Shown here: positions 9,361-18,017 of the stretch, one piece after another
Layout of the letters: every line of letters begins with the position of its first letter
Numbering within the stretch: position 1 is the first letter of the stretch
Virus record (IMG/VR): IMGVR_UViG_3300030419_008158
Location: 186,001-250,000 of that record
Strand: one strand, 5' to 3'
DNA length: 64,000 nt
Position numbers and translations under genes: made by a program
The notes under the pieces: model-generated
Seen by the model: the letters and a program-made list of their open reading frames with translations, nothing else
What the model was told of the DNA's origin: nothing
Databases searched by the model: none

Positions 9361-9397
9361 TTCGTCTCCTAAGTCCCCTCTCCCTGGGAACATTAAT

Positions 9398-9426
9398 ATT
9401 ATACCATGGGAGAGGTGATATTACAC
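9398..9426 (-). promoter_or_regulatory. GTGTAA-N17-TATAAT promoter
   Basis: Exact motif. Confidence 0.8.
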
Positions 9427-9439
9427 GAAATACTAGTAA

Positions 9440-9679
9440 TTATCGCGCGATCCAACGCTCTTTTTCCTCGCTGTAATCACGATAATCGTTTCCCGGGGCC
9501 GCTGTGCGTCCGGCCTGACCGTTGCGAATCGTGCACGAAGGGGGTGCAGTGCCCACAATTGCCATTCGAGTGAGGCGGCTCAGCACAAACTCGTACGAGT
9601 CTGGGTCAGTCTTGTCGCTGCAGATCATGCCGAGCAGACGAGCGACGTCGTCCCTGACTTGTTCTTCGATCTTTTTCAC
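9440..9679 (-). CDS. hypothetical protein, paralog of 17517..17714
   Basis: VRDDVARLL...KERWIAR. Confidence 0.65.
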   Translation of the reverse strand: MKKIEEQVRDDVARLLGMICSDKTDPDSYEFVLSRLTRMAIVGTAPPSCTIRNGQAGRTAAPGNDYRDYSEEKERWIAR

Positions 9680-9714
9680 GGAGTCTCCTGTGGAGTTTTG
9701 AGTGTTTTTATTTT

Positions 9715-9743
9715 ATTATACACTCTCCGCGGAAATCTTACAC
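9715..9743 (-). promoter_or_regulatory. GTGTAA-N17-TATAAT promoter
   Basis: Exact motif. Confidence 0.8.
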
Positions 9744-9784
9744 AAAAAAAAGGGCGCGCCGAGGATAAAATCTCCGACGCGCCC
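9744..9784 (-). terminator. intrinsic terminator abutting next promoter
   Basis: GGGCGCG...CGCGCCC stem followed by T8. Confidence 0.7.
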
Positions 9785-9799
9785 CACCCCCACCCGAGA

Positions 9800-10030
9800 C
9801 TACGAGTTGTTGGAGTCGCTCACATTTCCGAGAGACTCGTTCAAGAACGCCTGCAACGCAGTCGCCTCCTTGACAGTCATCTGCAGCTGGGTCGTACCGA
9901 CCGAGTACTGCTGCCCGCTTGCTGGAAGCGTCGCGATTGTGACGACATTGCTACCGGCCTTCTTGGCGGTGTCATTGCGGGAAATTCCAAATTGAAAACG
10001 ACTCGTAGTCTTAGTGCTGTTGTAACTCAT
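9800..10030 (-). CDS. hypothetical protein
   Basis: AGGAG RBS, own promoter and terminator. Confidence 0.7.
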   Translation of the reverse strand: MSYNSTKTTSRFQFGISRNDTAKKAGSNVVTIATLPASGQQYSVGTTQLQMTVKEATALQAFLNESLGNVSDSNNS

Positions 10031-10089
10031 GTGCTATATTCTCCTAGTTGTTTTTAGCATCGATCCACTCCACTAGTGGAACGTGATAT

Positions 10090-10118
10090 AGTATAGCGGT
10101 TTGACCCTCGCTTTACAA
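10090..10118 (-). promoter_or_regulatory. TTGTAA-N17-TATACT promoter variant
   Basis: Near-consensus motif, same spacing. Confidence 0.65.
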
Positions 10119-10169
10119 AAATAAAATGGGCGCTGCGGGCGATGAGACGCCATTTAGCGCGCCCTCGAG

Positions 10170-10445
10170 TCAAAACCCGGGAGCTGCCTTCGAAGTCACT
10201 GACAATTCAGTCTGCCGCCGATGGTGCTCGTGGAACACTGTCATGCTGTTGGCGATGGAAGGGACGAGATCCATGGGAATGTGCACGATCCACGTCGGCT
10301 CGTCCGGCTTGTCCTTGAGAGAGCACCCGAGAGAGAGAACCGTCGGGGATCCGGGCCCGTACGGCTCGTCAAGTCGCTTGAGCGTGATCGACGCTTTCTC
10401 GCGGTCGGTGTACGGGAATACTAGCTTGTCTAAGTGATCTGCCAT
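10170..10445 (-). CDS. hypothetical protein
   Basis: AGGAGGT RBS before MADHLD. Confidence 0.7.
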   Translation of the reverse strand: MADHLDKLVFPYTDREKASITLKRLDEPYGPGSPTVLSLGCSLKDKPDEPTWIVHIPMDLVPSIANSMTVFHEHHRRQTELSVTSKAAPGF

Positions 10446-10461
10446 GTTACCTCCTGTGTAC

Positions 10462-10490
10462 ATTATAACATGCGGGGGAGAGATTTACAC
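10462..10490 (-). promoter_or_regulatory. GTGTAA-N17-TATAAT promoter
   Basis: Exact motif. Confidence 0.8.
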
Positions 10491-10987
10491 GCGGGGGCGG
10501 GATACAAAAGAGTGAAAAAAAGTGATAAAAAAAGTGTACATTAGGGGGAAAGTGGGCCAAACCCCTAGGGCCACCGAGACCGGGCGAGACAGAGCGAGCT
10601 GAAGAGACAGCGGGCGTGCGGGAGCGTAAGCGCGTGGGCATTTTTCCGATTTTAGAGCCGTGTCGTCCCTCTGCGCAGTCGTCTGTCTCTTTAGAGTCTG
10701 AGGAGGAGTGGTGTTGAGTCTGCGTGGACTGCGAGCTGTTTCTCTCTTGATGCTTCCCTCTCTCTGTTCTAGTCTTTCTCTCCTACATTCTCTTTTTAGT
10801 GGGTGTTGCGCGCAAGATTTTTATGGATATTTTGACACAGACAGAGAAGGATCTACACTACATCAAGGGCTCTTGAAGACACTGCTGCGTTGTATTAGAG
10901 CTGTGTCCGTGTGACCCTTCTGTGGCATTTGATTGGCCCCTTGGAGAGAAAAAACAATGTCACAGAGAGCTTTCTGTTAGCTCGTAT

Positions 10988-11482
10988 CTAGACCAGCGAA
11001 AGTGCAATCTTGTAAAGGCTTGCATCGCCCTTGACCATCACTTGAAGAAGCTGACGTTTCTCGTTTAGAAAGACCAACGCGAACTTCTTGTCGTGTTTGA
11101 CAATGTCGCGTGCATTGCTTATCAAGTCTGCTAATTTAATCGTCTGCGCGCGGGGGCACGCTTGGGCAGAATGAGCTCGATCCATTGCTTTTCTATGTGC
11201 TCTATTTCCATCTTCGGGCTTGCTCACATCTGTCAATTCGTCGACGAGAAGTGCAACATCATCACCGAACTCTTTCTGTATTTCGTCTATCGTGACGGAC
11301 GTGTCCTCGACCACATCGTGTAGAAGAGCAGCGGCAAGCATTTCTTCATCATGATCGACAGTTGCAACGATTTCCATCACTTCGATTGGGTGGACAATGT
11401 ACGGCTGCTTTGTGTATTTTCTAATCTGGCCGTCGTGTGCCGTTGTAGCAAATGTAAGAGCTTTTTGAACTAGGTGTGTCAT
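10988..11482 (-). CDS. HD-domain RelA/SpoT-type hydrolase (small alarmone hydrolase/Mesh1-like)
   Basis: AHDGQIRK..PYIVHP, AALLHDVVEDT, KLADLISN. Confidence 0.88.
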   Translation of the reverse strand: MTHLVQKALTFATTAHDGQIRKYTKQPYIVHPIEVMEIVATVDHDEEMLAAALLHDVVEDTSVTIDEIQKEFGDDVALLVDELTDVSKPEDGNRAHRKAMDRAHSAQACPRAQTIKLADLISNARDIVKHDKKFALVFLNEKRQLLQVMVKGDASLYKIALSLV

Positions 11483-12033
11483 GAGCTTTTTCCTTTCTTG
11501 TGGTTAATCCACACCGCATCAGTAATACCTATTGATCTTCTTATTTGTGCTCTGAGCGAATCAGATTTGTCCGACGTACACCATACCCATCGAACTCTAT
11601 TTTTGAGCCGGCTTAGCCTCTGTTCTTTTTCTGTCAACTGATCGGCCATGGAGATCATCTCTTTTTCTGTCAATTTTACCTCAATCGACATATCATTTGC
11701 CATGGCAAAAAGTTTTCCGGCGTCGCCCAATTCGTACGCTGCTTGCATTTCCAAAAATGGCCCACTGTCTTTTGATACATCCGGATGTGTATTCATTGCC
11801 AGCTTTCTGTGCAATTTCTTCAAAACTCTCGTCGGGATTTTAAAGGCTCTGTCTTCTTCTTTTTCTGCCGGCGGTTCCTGTCCTGCTAACAGACTTCTCT
11901 CCTCATGAAAATCTCGTGCGAACTCCTCGAGATATTTTTGATCAAGCTCTCTAAACTCTTGCTCTTCAATTGAGAGAAGTTGCGACTTCAAAAGAAGTTT
12001 TTTGAACTTTCTATCCACACATCCCCCCATCAA
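11479..12033 (-). CDS. J-domain-like protein
   Basis: LKKLHRKLAMNTHPD...MQAAYE. Confidence 0.65.
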   Translation of the reverse strand: MMGGCVDRKFKKLLLKSQLLSIEEQEFRELDQKYLEEFARDFHEERSLLAGQEPPAEKEEDRAFKIPTRVLKKLHRKLAMNTHPDVSKDSGPFLEMQAAYELGDAGKLFAMANDMSIEVKLTEKEMISMADQLTEKEQRLSRLKNRVRWVWCTSDKSDSLRAQIRRSIGITDAVWINHKKGKSS

Positions 12034-12239
12034 CTAGTAGAAGTGGTTTTAGAAGTGGGTATCGAAAGCTCAACAGGCCCTAGATCGTTATCAGTTACCC
12101 AGTATGTAGCACCAGCTGCATGGACGCAGTAGAATGTTCGTTTTTCATCTTGACGAGTGCTCACAATAAGACCGGGAATCAGAAGACGGGTGTTTCCTGT
12201 TTCATTTAGTCTTATCGTAACTAGTTCGCCTGTTTCCAC
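12030..12239 (-). CDS. GDLV-family small protein
   Basis: METGELV...GLIV. Confidence 0.6.
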   Translation of the reverse strand: METGELVTIRLNETGNTRLLIPGLIVSTRQDEKRTFYCVHAAGATYWVTDNDLGPVELSIPTSKTTSTS

Positions 12240-12269
12240 ATATCTAATTAACGCTTACTCATAAGATTG

Positions 12270-12746
12270 TTATCTTTTAGGGATTCTCCACAAGTTCAGC
12301 CACTCTTGTGACCATTGTGGTATTCCCATCGACGTGTAGGATCCGTGGATCCCCCAGCACCATTCGCTAGTAACCCACTTTTCTTTCTCTTCACAAAATT
12401 CAACAAACTCATCGTGTGGGTAAATGAACCAATCAGTGTCATCATTGCCAGCTTTTTCCGGAAATGCAATGTAAAGATCTTTTCCGGAATAACGTTTATC
12501 AATAGTAAGGCGACTTTTGAGCTGAATCCACAGTGCTGTTTTCGAAGGATTTTCAGGCTTGAAGGCAACTAGATCCGCAGCATGTTTATCAGTCGGGGTA
12601 TCAACACCCACATATCCTCGCACTGCGAGCTCTGACTTTAGCAAAGCTGAATGATACGCTTCCTGTTCTTTATTTGACATTTTGAGATAATTTTCTCTTT
12701 TGACTCTGTCGCCTAGCCAACATTGATCTGGTTTAGAATTTTTCAT
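12270..12746 (-). CDS. putative PD-(D/E)xK nuclease-fold protein
   Basis: ADLVA...IQLKSR motif. Confidence 0.55.
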   Translation of the reverse strand: MKNSKPDQCWLGDRVKRENYLKMSNKEQEAYHSALLKSELAVRGYVGVDTPTDKHAADLVAFKPENPSKTALWIQLKSRLTIDKRYSGKDLYIAFPEKAGNDDTDWFIYPHDEFVEFCEEKEKWVTSEWCWGIHGSYTSMGIPQWSQEWLNLWRIPKR

Positions 12747-12939
12747 CTTTCTCCTCTTCAGGTACAACTTCAGTTGCTGCCAAGTATCTTTTTCCTCTTA
12801 CAATTTTTGTACCCTGCGGGACTATACGCCACGCAAATACATCTTTATCCCACACGAGCAGACGATCAAAAGTTGGTGCCCCGCCTGTCACAAGACGACA
12901 AATCACCCACCCAAACGCAATTCCAAAAATAAATTCCAT
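12733..12939 (-). CDS. small membrane-anchored protein
   Basis: Hydrophobic N-terminus. Confidence 0.55.
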   Translation of the reverse strand: MEFIFGIAFGWVICRLVTGGAPTFDRLLVWDKDVFAWRIVPQGTKIVRGKRYLAATEVVPEEEKDEKF

Positions 12940-12940
12940 C

Positions 12941-13102
12941 TTATTTGAATACCTTCTTTAGAGCCCATGGAATATGATATCGACATTCGTTTATATTGTT
13001 CCACTTTACAAGAACAGTTCCGTGAAATGCCTTGAATGAAACAATTCTTCCCCTTCCCAAATATTTGTCTTCTTTGTGCTCTACAAAATCACCGACTTTC
13101 AT
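12941..13102 (-). CDS. GDLV-family small protein
   Basis: Hand-translated MKVGDFVEHK...GRIV...VKW; GAGGT RBS. Confidence 0.7.
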   Translation of the reverse strand: MKVGDFVEHKEDKYLGRGRIVSFKAFHGTVLVKWNNINECRYHIPWALKKVFK

Positions 13103-13182
13103 CACCTCAAACCTCTTTCTTCGTTCCAGATAAACAAAACAATTCCAATGACAGGAATTATCAAACCAAGCAGCTCCATTTT

Positions 13183-13416
13183 CTACTCTTTCTCTTCGTC
13201 AAAGAGTTTCCAAAACTTCGGCCAAAAAGTTTTTTCAAAGAAATAGTGAATAAATGTGTATAAAACATTTAGAAATACCATCAAACTCAAACTTTTCCAT
13301 GGATTACCCATCCATAACCAGGTAATTAGAGCACCAGGGGGAATTGAAAATACAAGCCTCCACACCAGTGCCTTAGTCATGGCTTCTCTGTGAGATATTT
13401 TATTCTCTACTGCCAT
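13183..13416 (-). CDS. DUF2061-like small membrane protein
   Basis: SHREAMTKALVWR plus two TM segments, YFFEKTFW. Confidence 0.55.
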   Translation of the reverse strand: MAVENKISHREAMTKALVWRLVFSIPPGALITWLWMGNPWKSLSLMVFLNVLYTFIHYFFEKTFWPKFWKLFDEEKE

Positions 13417-13603
13417 TTATAACCTCCAGTTCACACTCATGAAACCACTCTGGGTCATTATTCAATTCTGGCAAAGCTGCTAAAACTGCGATGCCGTATG
13501 GATTTATTTCGCCGCCACACTCTTTAGACGGTTTGATTTCTAGTACAATTCCGGGAATGTCGCAGTACCCTTGTGACCAGTTTACTAGATCACCTATTTT
13601 CAC
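13400..13603 (-). CDS. GDLV-family small protein
   Basis: MKIGDLV...GIVL...ELEVI. Confidence 0.75.
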   Translation of the reverse strand: MKIGDLVNWSQGYCDIPGIVLEIKPSKECGGEINPYGIAVLAALPELNNDPEWFHECELEVINGSRE

Positions 13604-13772
13604 TTATCACCTCTAGATCTTCTCCATGATACCACAAGCTTTCATTTTGCCACTGTACGTGTATGCTCAATTGATTCGGATCATATTTTTCTACTTGAAT
13701 TACAATTCCAACTCCGCCGTCAACTGACGTGCATGCACCTTCGACACACCTTACAAGATCACCAACTTTCAC
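13590..13772 (-). CDS. GDLV-family small protein
   Basis: MKVGDLV...DLEVISENR. Confidence 0.75.
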   Translation of the reverse strand: MKVGDLVRCVEGACTSVDGGVGIVIQVEKYDPNQLSIHVQWQNESLWYHGEDLEVISENR

Positions 13773-13958
13773 CGTTCAGCTTTCTTCTGCTATTGAAGCC
13801 AAGAATCCGATCTTTCGCTTTGGTTTGTCTTCAACTTCTTGTACTTCAAAACCCATTTTTTCTAGTTGCGATTCAAAATCTGCTGCTTCTTTTGATGCTC
13901 GAAGATATGGTTTGAGCGATACATTTGCATCAACTACGATAATATTTGGTTTCATTAT

Positions 13959-14144
13959 TTATACCTCGTCTAATGTAATAACTTTCGCACTTCTGCTTAA
14001 AGATTCTAGGTTCATATGTGTAGGGTTTCTAAACGTTACTTCTCCAAAGACCCACACCAAAGCATAACCCCCAAAATCTGGCTGCACATCGATAATAGCA
14101 CCCATTTTTCCTGTTCTAAATGTCAACAAATCACCGACCTTCAT
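13959..14144 (-). CDS. GDLV-family small protein
   Basis: Start trimmed to MKVGDLL. Confidence 0.75.
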   Translation of the reverse strand: MKVGDLLTFRTGKMGAIIDVQPDFGGYALVWVFGEVTFRNPTHMNLESLSRSAKVITLDEV

Positions 14145-14346
14145 TGACAACCTCCACTCTAGACGCAGCAATCCATCCTATGTGAGACGTGCTCCAGAGC
14201 ACCTCGACTATCTGCTGTCCCTGGTCGGGGAACGGAAGTATTCGTTGATTGCCTCTGTACCTGTCAAGTCGTAAAATGGTGCCCATGTAACGTTCATCGT
14301 CGGCCGACGCTGGCCCCGCATGCATGATCAAGTCACCGACTTTCAT
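14131..14346 (-). CDS. GDLV-family small protein
   Basis: MKVGDLI...VEVVNEGR. Confidence 0.75.
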   Translation of the reverse strand: MKVGDLIMHAGPASADDERYMGTILRLDRYRGNQRILPFPDQGQQIVEVLWSTSHIGWIAASRVEVVNEGR

Positions 14347-14518
14347 TGACTAGCTCCAATGCACTCTTTCCCAGTGTTCGTGTCGTCATCATCTTGGGCC
14401 AAAACACTTCGTATGTGTTGTCATCATACTTTTCTTTAACCAGACCAAGCCCCCAATCTTTGACTAGGCCGGACCAGCGATCATCATAGACAAACTCGAC
14501 CAAGTCACCGACTTTCAC
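14333..14518 (-). CDS. GDLV-family small protein
   Basis: MKVGDLV...LELVNESR. Confidence 0.75.
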   Translation of the reverse strand: MKVGDLVEFVYDDRWSGLVKDWGLGLVKEKYDDNTYEVFWPKMMTTRTLGKSALELVNESR

Positions 14519-14729
14519 TGATTGCCTCCATCAAGCTTTCAGCAATATCATAGATCTTGCCGACCTTTGGATACATCACCGTAATACATGGATGAGCCGG
14601 ATTGCTTCCGCCCATTTGCTTTGAGAGAATGATGCCATGGCCAAGCAATTCTCGCTGATCAGATGCAGCCTTTAGTTTCCAGCTTGGTAGATTTCTAGTT
14701 TTTCTAATCACTAAATCACCAACTTTCAT
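14505..14729 (-). CDS. GDLV-family small protein
   Basis: MKVGDLV...MEAISESR. Confidence 0.75.
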   Translation of the reverse strand: MKVGDLVIRKTRNLPSWKLKAASDQRELLGHGIILSKQMGGSNPAHPCITVMYPKVGKIYDIAESLMEAISESR

Positions 14730-14929
14730 TGAACAATCTCCAAATTATGATCAGACCAGCTCAACTCTTCACCCGTGTCTGGGTAAAGCACAGTTACCAA
14801 AAGTTCTTCTTCGTAAGGATCGATCCATCGTGGTCTTGTTGACACGACAATGCCTAGTGCACCGTGATGTTTAGTGCCAGAGTTAGTCCGAACTAGAGAT
14901 CCAATAGATAGAATGGGGTCAAAATTCAT
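14726..14929 (-). CDS. GDLV-family small protein
   Basis: LSIGSLV...LGIVV...NLEIV. Confidence 0.7.
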   Translation of the reverse strand: MNFDPILSIGSLVRTNSGTKHHGALGIVVSTRPRWIDPYEEELLVTVLYPDTGEELSWSDHNLEIVQ

Positions 14930-15138
14930 TAGCTTGTCACCTTCGTCAAATCGCGTGACATAATCCAGACAACATTGTAAGTCGGAGCACTCCAGCAAAC
15001 TTGATGAACGTAGGTGTCACGTCCTCGATCTGCTCTTCGTGTTGCAGCAACCTTTTTAGAATCAACAATGATCCCGAGTGCTTTGTCGTTGCAGTAATCT
15101 TTATCAGAGACAACCTTGACAATATCACCGACTTTCAA
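14929..15138 (-). CDS. GDLV-family small protein
   Basis: MKVGDIV, TTG start. Confidence 0.75.
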   Translation of the reverse strand: MKVGDIVKVVSDKDYCNDKALGIIVDSKKVAATRRADRGRDTYVHQVCWSAPTYNVVWIMSRDLTKVTS

Positions 15139-15349
15139 TGATGACCTCTAGTTCCGAAAATGCCATGGCATGAAGGCCATTCTTCGTTTGGCCCAAACCA
15201 TTCTGGTCACGGCCCTGACCCTCTGCACCGGGAAAATAAACGTATGCTGATTGGCTGGCTGCGTCACCCCAAGTCTTCACAATGGTGCCGATGCGGCCCT
15301 TGTAAAACCTCGCGTCGCCCACGAAATTGACCAAATCACCGACTTTCAT
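15125..15349 (-). CDS. GDLV-family small protein
   Basis: MKVGDLV...ELEVIIESR. Confidence 0.75.
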   Translation of the reverse strand: MKVGDLVNFVGDARFYKGRIGTIVKTWGDAASQSAYVYFPGAEGQGRDQNGLGQTKNGLHAMAFSELEVIIESR

Positions 15350-15522
15350 TAGACATCCGCCCTAAGTCCGGAGTCAACAGGGAACTGGTGCTGACCTAGC
15401 TCATCGAATTCGACCACATATTGACACACATCCCAGTACCATTCGGGACATACATTGACAACCACACCGGCATAATAGCCGTCGGGGGTAAGTGCCTTGA
15501 CTCGATCTCCAACCCTAAACAA
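15349..15522 (-). CDS. GDLV-family small protein
   Basis: Hand-translated (TTG)FRVGDRV...GVVV; AGGAG RBS. Confidence 0.65.
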   Translation of the reverse strand: MFRVGDRVKALTPDGYYAGVVVNVCPEWYWDVCQYVVEFDELGQHQFPVDSGLRADV

Positions 15523-15564
15523 TGTCAGCTCCTATTTCGGGGACCATCCCCAACCAACATTTAT

Positions 15565-15593
15565 ATTATACCATGCACTCTGCTACCTTACAC
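15565..15593 (-). promoter_or_regulatory. GTGTAA-N17-TATAAT promoter
   Basis: Exact motif; -35 box overlaps upstream TAA stop. Confidence 0.8.
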
Positions 15594-15788
15594 AGACTCG
15601 TTACAAAAACTTTCAACAACTTCAATGTTACGAACCGGCGACCAAATTACATCGCCCTCATAAAAAAGCATACAAGAAGCAGGTTCGTACACATTGCTAT
15701 TGTAATATTCAAGTACTAATGCAGAACGATACACACTTTCAGTACCTCCTTCTCTGTAGTAGACATCAACCAAATCACCGGCTTTCAA
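15588..15788 (-). CDS. GDLV-family small protein
   Basis: MKAGDLV. Confidence 0.72.
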   Translation of the reverse strand: MKAGDLVDVYYREGGTESVYRSALVLEYYNSNVYEPASCMLFYEGDVIWSPVRNIEVVESFCNESV

Positions 15789-16149
15789 TTATCACCTTTA
15801 CGTCTGTTTGCCAAACGGATGAAACTGTTCCATCTTCCCACGCCACTGTGCAAGTGTCAGGTACACCATAACTTCTCTGAACTTCTATAACTGTCCCTTT
15901 CTTTTCAGTAAAGGGGTGTCTAAGACTTATTACGATATCATTTGTATTCACATCGGAGTACATTTTTCCCTCTATTTCGATTTCTAATAATCCCTCTTCA
16001 GTCCACCTAGGGCCAACAGTCGGCCAGTGAACATTGTGCTGTGTCAGCTTTGGGTGCATAGGATCATCTTTAGTCTCAATAATAATCCCACCGCTCCAAG
16101 GATTGTCGAAGCACAGCGGACTATGCTTTACTAAATCACCGACTTTCAC
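15775..16149 (-). CDS. GDLV-family protein, two fused modules
   Basis: MKVGDLV...LEI then second module NTNDIV...GTVI...VKVIIESR. Confidence 0.72.
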   Translation of the reverse strand: MKVGDLVKHSPLCFDNPWSGGIIIETKDDPMHPKLTQHNVHWPTVGPRWTEEGLLEIEIEGKMYSDVNTNDIVISLRHPFTEKKGTVIEVQRSYGVPDTCTVAWEDGTVSSVWQTDVKVIIESR

Positions 16150-16336
16150 TAATGACCTCTAGCTCATCTGAGTAAAATTTTTCAAAGTCATCATCTCCTG
16201 ATGACCAGTGAACTTCGACTAGTTGGGGATTTGTTTTTGGGGGTGCTGCCTCTATAATAATTCCGGGCACTTTGCCGTGAACATCAACAAACTCATCGAT
16301 GTCCTGCCTTACCCATACTAAATCCCCGACTTTCAT
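16136..16336 (-). CDS. GDLV-family small protein
   Basis: MKVGDLV...ELEVISESR. Confidence 0.75.
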   Translation of the reverse strand: MKVGDLVWVRQDIDEFVDVHGKVPGIIIEAAPPKTNPQLVEVHWSSGDDDFEKFYSDELEVISESR

Positions 16337-16575
16337 AAAGCCTCCACAAACAATTTGATATCTTTTTCAAAGTCAGCATCGTCATACCAACCCGCATGAT
16401 TCATGATAGTTTCGTTCCAACCGTACTCTTCAACAACATCAAACCATGCTATTTGAAATGCCAAGATAGTCTCGCCGGAACGCAGAAACGCCTCTTTTTG
16501 ATCTGTGATTATGCCTAGACCGGAGTGCTCCCATGAAGAATGGTGCACGTATTGTACCATGTCGCCAATTTTCAC
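16333..16575 (-). CDS. GDLV-family small protein
   Basis: MKIGDMV...LGII. Confidence 0.72.
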   Translation of the reverse strand: MKIGDMVQYVHHSSWEHSGLGIITDQKEAFLRSGETILAFQIAWFDVVEEYGWNETIMNHAGWYDDADFEKDIKLFVEAL

Positions 16576-16898
16576 TAGATGTCTGCCAATCCTTTTCCAA
16601 ACTCGTCAAGGTCCGGATCAGATTCATGATTTTTTTGTCTACACTCACTAATCACTTTAAGCTCAGTAGACTCAAGATATTCCGGGTGACTATCACTCCA
16701 GCACACCAAAACTCTGTCCCTCTTTCCATCTTTTGTTGGGCCCATTCCATCAACTAGATCACCTCTCACAACTTTACCTCTGCCTATTTCTTGATAAATC
16801 TTAAAAGCCTGTGTCGCGCCGTAATAATCAATGTCAATTTTCTCAACAATCCCGTATCGCCCTGTTCTTTTTTCACAAACTAGGTCACCGACTTTCAC
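16575..16898 (-). CDS. GDLV-family protein
   Basis: MKVGDLV...ELKVISE. Confidence 0.72.
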   Translation of the reverse strand: MKVGDLVCEKRTGRYGIVEKIDIDYYGATQAFKIYQEIGRGKVVRGDLVDGMGPTKDGKRDRVLVCWSDSHPEYLESTELKVISECRQKNHESDPDLDEFGKGLADI

Positions 16899-17046
16899 TT
16901 ATAAGCTCCAGTTCATGATAAAATGCAAACTCACAAACACCGTTTTCATAGAGGACAGACCACCCGTCGTTCATTGCTGAACATTCACTTACTATGATGC
17001 CGCACATTTTATTTGCTAGGTCAAACACCAGGTCACCAGTTCTCAT
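16885..17046 (-). CDS. GDLV-family small protein
   Basis: Hand-translated MRTGDLV...ELELISESR. Confidence 0.7.
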   Translation of the reverse strand: MRTGDLVFDLANKMCGIIVSECSAMNDGWSVLYENGVCEFAFYHELELISESR

Positions 17047-17444
17047 GAAACTACCTCTAGTAAGTGACGCTTAATGTAGGTTTCTTCACCGGTTTCGGTG
17101 CATAGAATCTTAGCCAAGCCAGGTGTTGGATTACCGTATCCCAGACGAACTCGACAGCGTGCCCGAAGAACAGTGTAAATGCGATCTTTGTGAAGTGTGA
17201 CTCGCCTTGATTGAGGCGGGAGTTTTGTCTCGCCGGCTGAGTTCATTCCCTTTGACGCGTCACTGTCATACCAAGCAGCTGTCTCAGCGGCTGTAACAGG
17301 ACGTGAGGACTCGACAATCCCTGCTTTATCATTAGAATAGTTCGTAAGTGGAAAACGAAGGCCGCCGCCTTCTTTGGTGGTAAAGCAGACGTTCTTGTTG
17401 AGTCGAACGAGTGCTCCCTTTCTAATCTTTTTTTCAGCATTCAT
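17043..17444 (-). CDS. GDLV-like protein with large insertion
   Basis: IRKGALV...LLEVV; AGGAG RBS. Confidence 0.7.
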   Translation of the reverse strand: MNAEKKIRKGALVRLNKNVCFTTKEGGGLRFPLTNYSNDKAGIVESSRPVTAAETAAWYDSDASKGMNSAGETKLPPQSRRVTLHKDRIYTVLRARCRVRLGYGNPTPGLAKILCTETGEETYIKRHLLEVVS

Positions 17445-17481
17445 GATCTGCTAGACTCCTGCTGCGGTTTTATATGTGACT

Positions 17482-17511
17482 ATTGTAACACTTTTGAACC
17501 CTTTCTTACAC
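17482..17511 (-). promoter_or_regulatory. GTGTAA-N18-TACAAT promoter variant
   Basis: Near-consensus motif. Confidence 0.6.
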
Positions 17512-17516
17512 AAACC

Positions 17517-17714
17517 CTAGGGTGCTATCCAGCGCTCTTTTCTTGCACTAAAGTCATCATCAAATGCTGTAGTTCGAACAGGTCTGTCCAAAATCATACT
17601 AACTAGTTTGTCTCGAACCTCAGAGTAAACTCCTCCGTCTTCTGCAGCATTATTTAGCAAATAGTCCAACAATTTTGTTACATCATCTTTTACTAAACTT
17701 CTCATTTTTTCCAT
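17517..17714 (-). CDS. hypothetical protein, paralog of 9440..9679
   Basis: VKDDVTKLL...KERWIAP; AAGGAG RBS. Confidence 0.65.
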   Translation of the reverse strand: MEKMRSLVKDDVTKLLDYLLNNAAEDGGVYSEVRDKLVSMILDRPVRTTAFDDDFSARKERWIAP

Positions 17715-17825
17715 GTGTTTCTCCTTATCCTTACAGGCCAATAATCCTTAGCGGAAGTGTAATAATAGTAAATAGTGTCTTAGCACAAGCAGCTATCAAT
17801 GTAGTTACTATAGATATAAAGATTT

Positions 17826-18017
17826 TCATTTTTTCTCCGAAAGAACCTGTAAGTCACCTTTTCGAAACCACCCGCGATCAAACGGATCTGTGCAAATTAC
17901 CTCATACATTCTGTCAATTTCACAACCATCAGACAAATCAAAAGTATCTGTAATAAGCCCAGCTTTACAGCCCCCCGTCATTGGGCAAACATATTGAACT
18001 AGATCACCCGGTTTCAA
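17826..18017 (-). CDS. GDLV-family small protein
   Basis: MKPGDLV. Confidence 0.7.
   Translation of the reverse strand: MKPGDLVQYVCPMTGGCKAGLITDTFDLSDGCEIDRMYEVICTDPFDRGWFRKGDLQVLSEKK

Noticed and set aside
5611-9393. Shared N-terminal peptide MFPGRGD on the RadA-like and VWA ORFs
   Set aside because: That ATG lies only 4 nt after the -10 box, at or before the expected TSS; RBS-supported starts lie downstream, so it reflects the conserved DNA leader
2723-10437. Many long plus-strand and alternate-frame ORFs
   Set aside because: Shadow ORFs of GC-rich minus-strand genes; no motifs, RBS or promoter support
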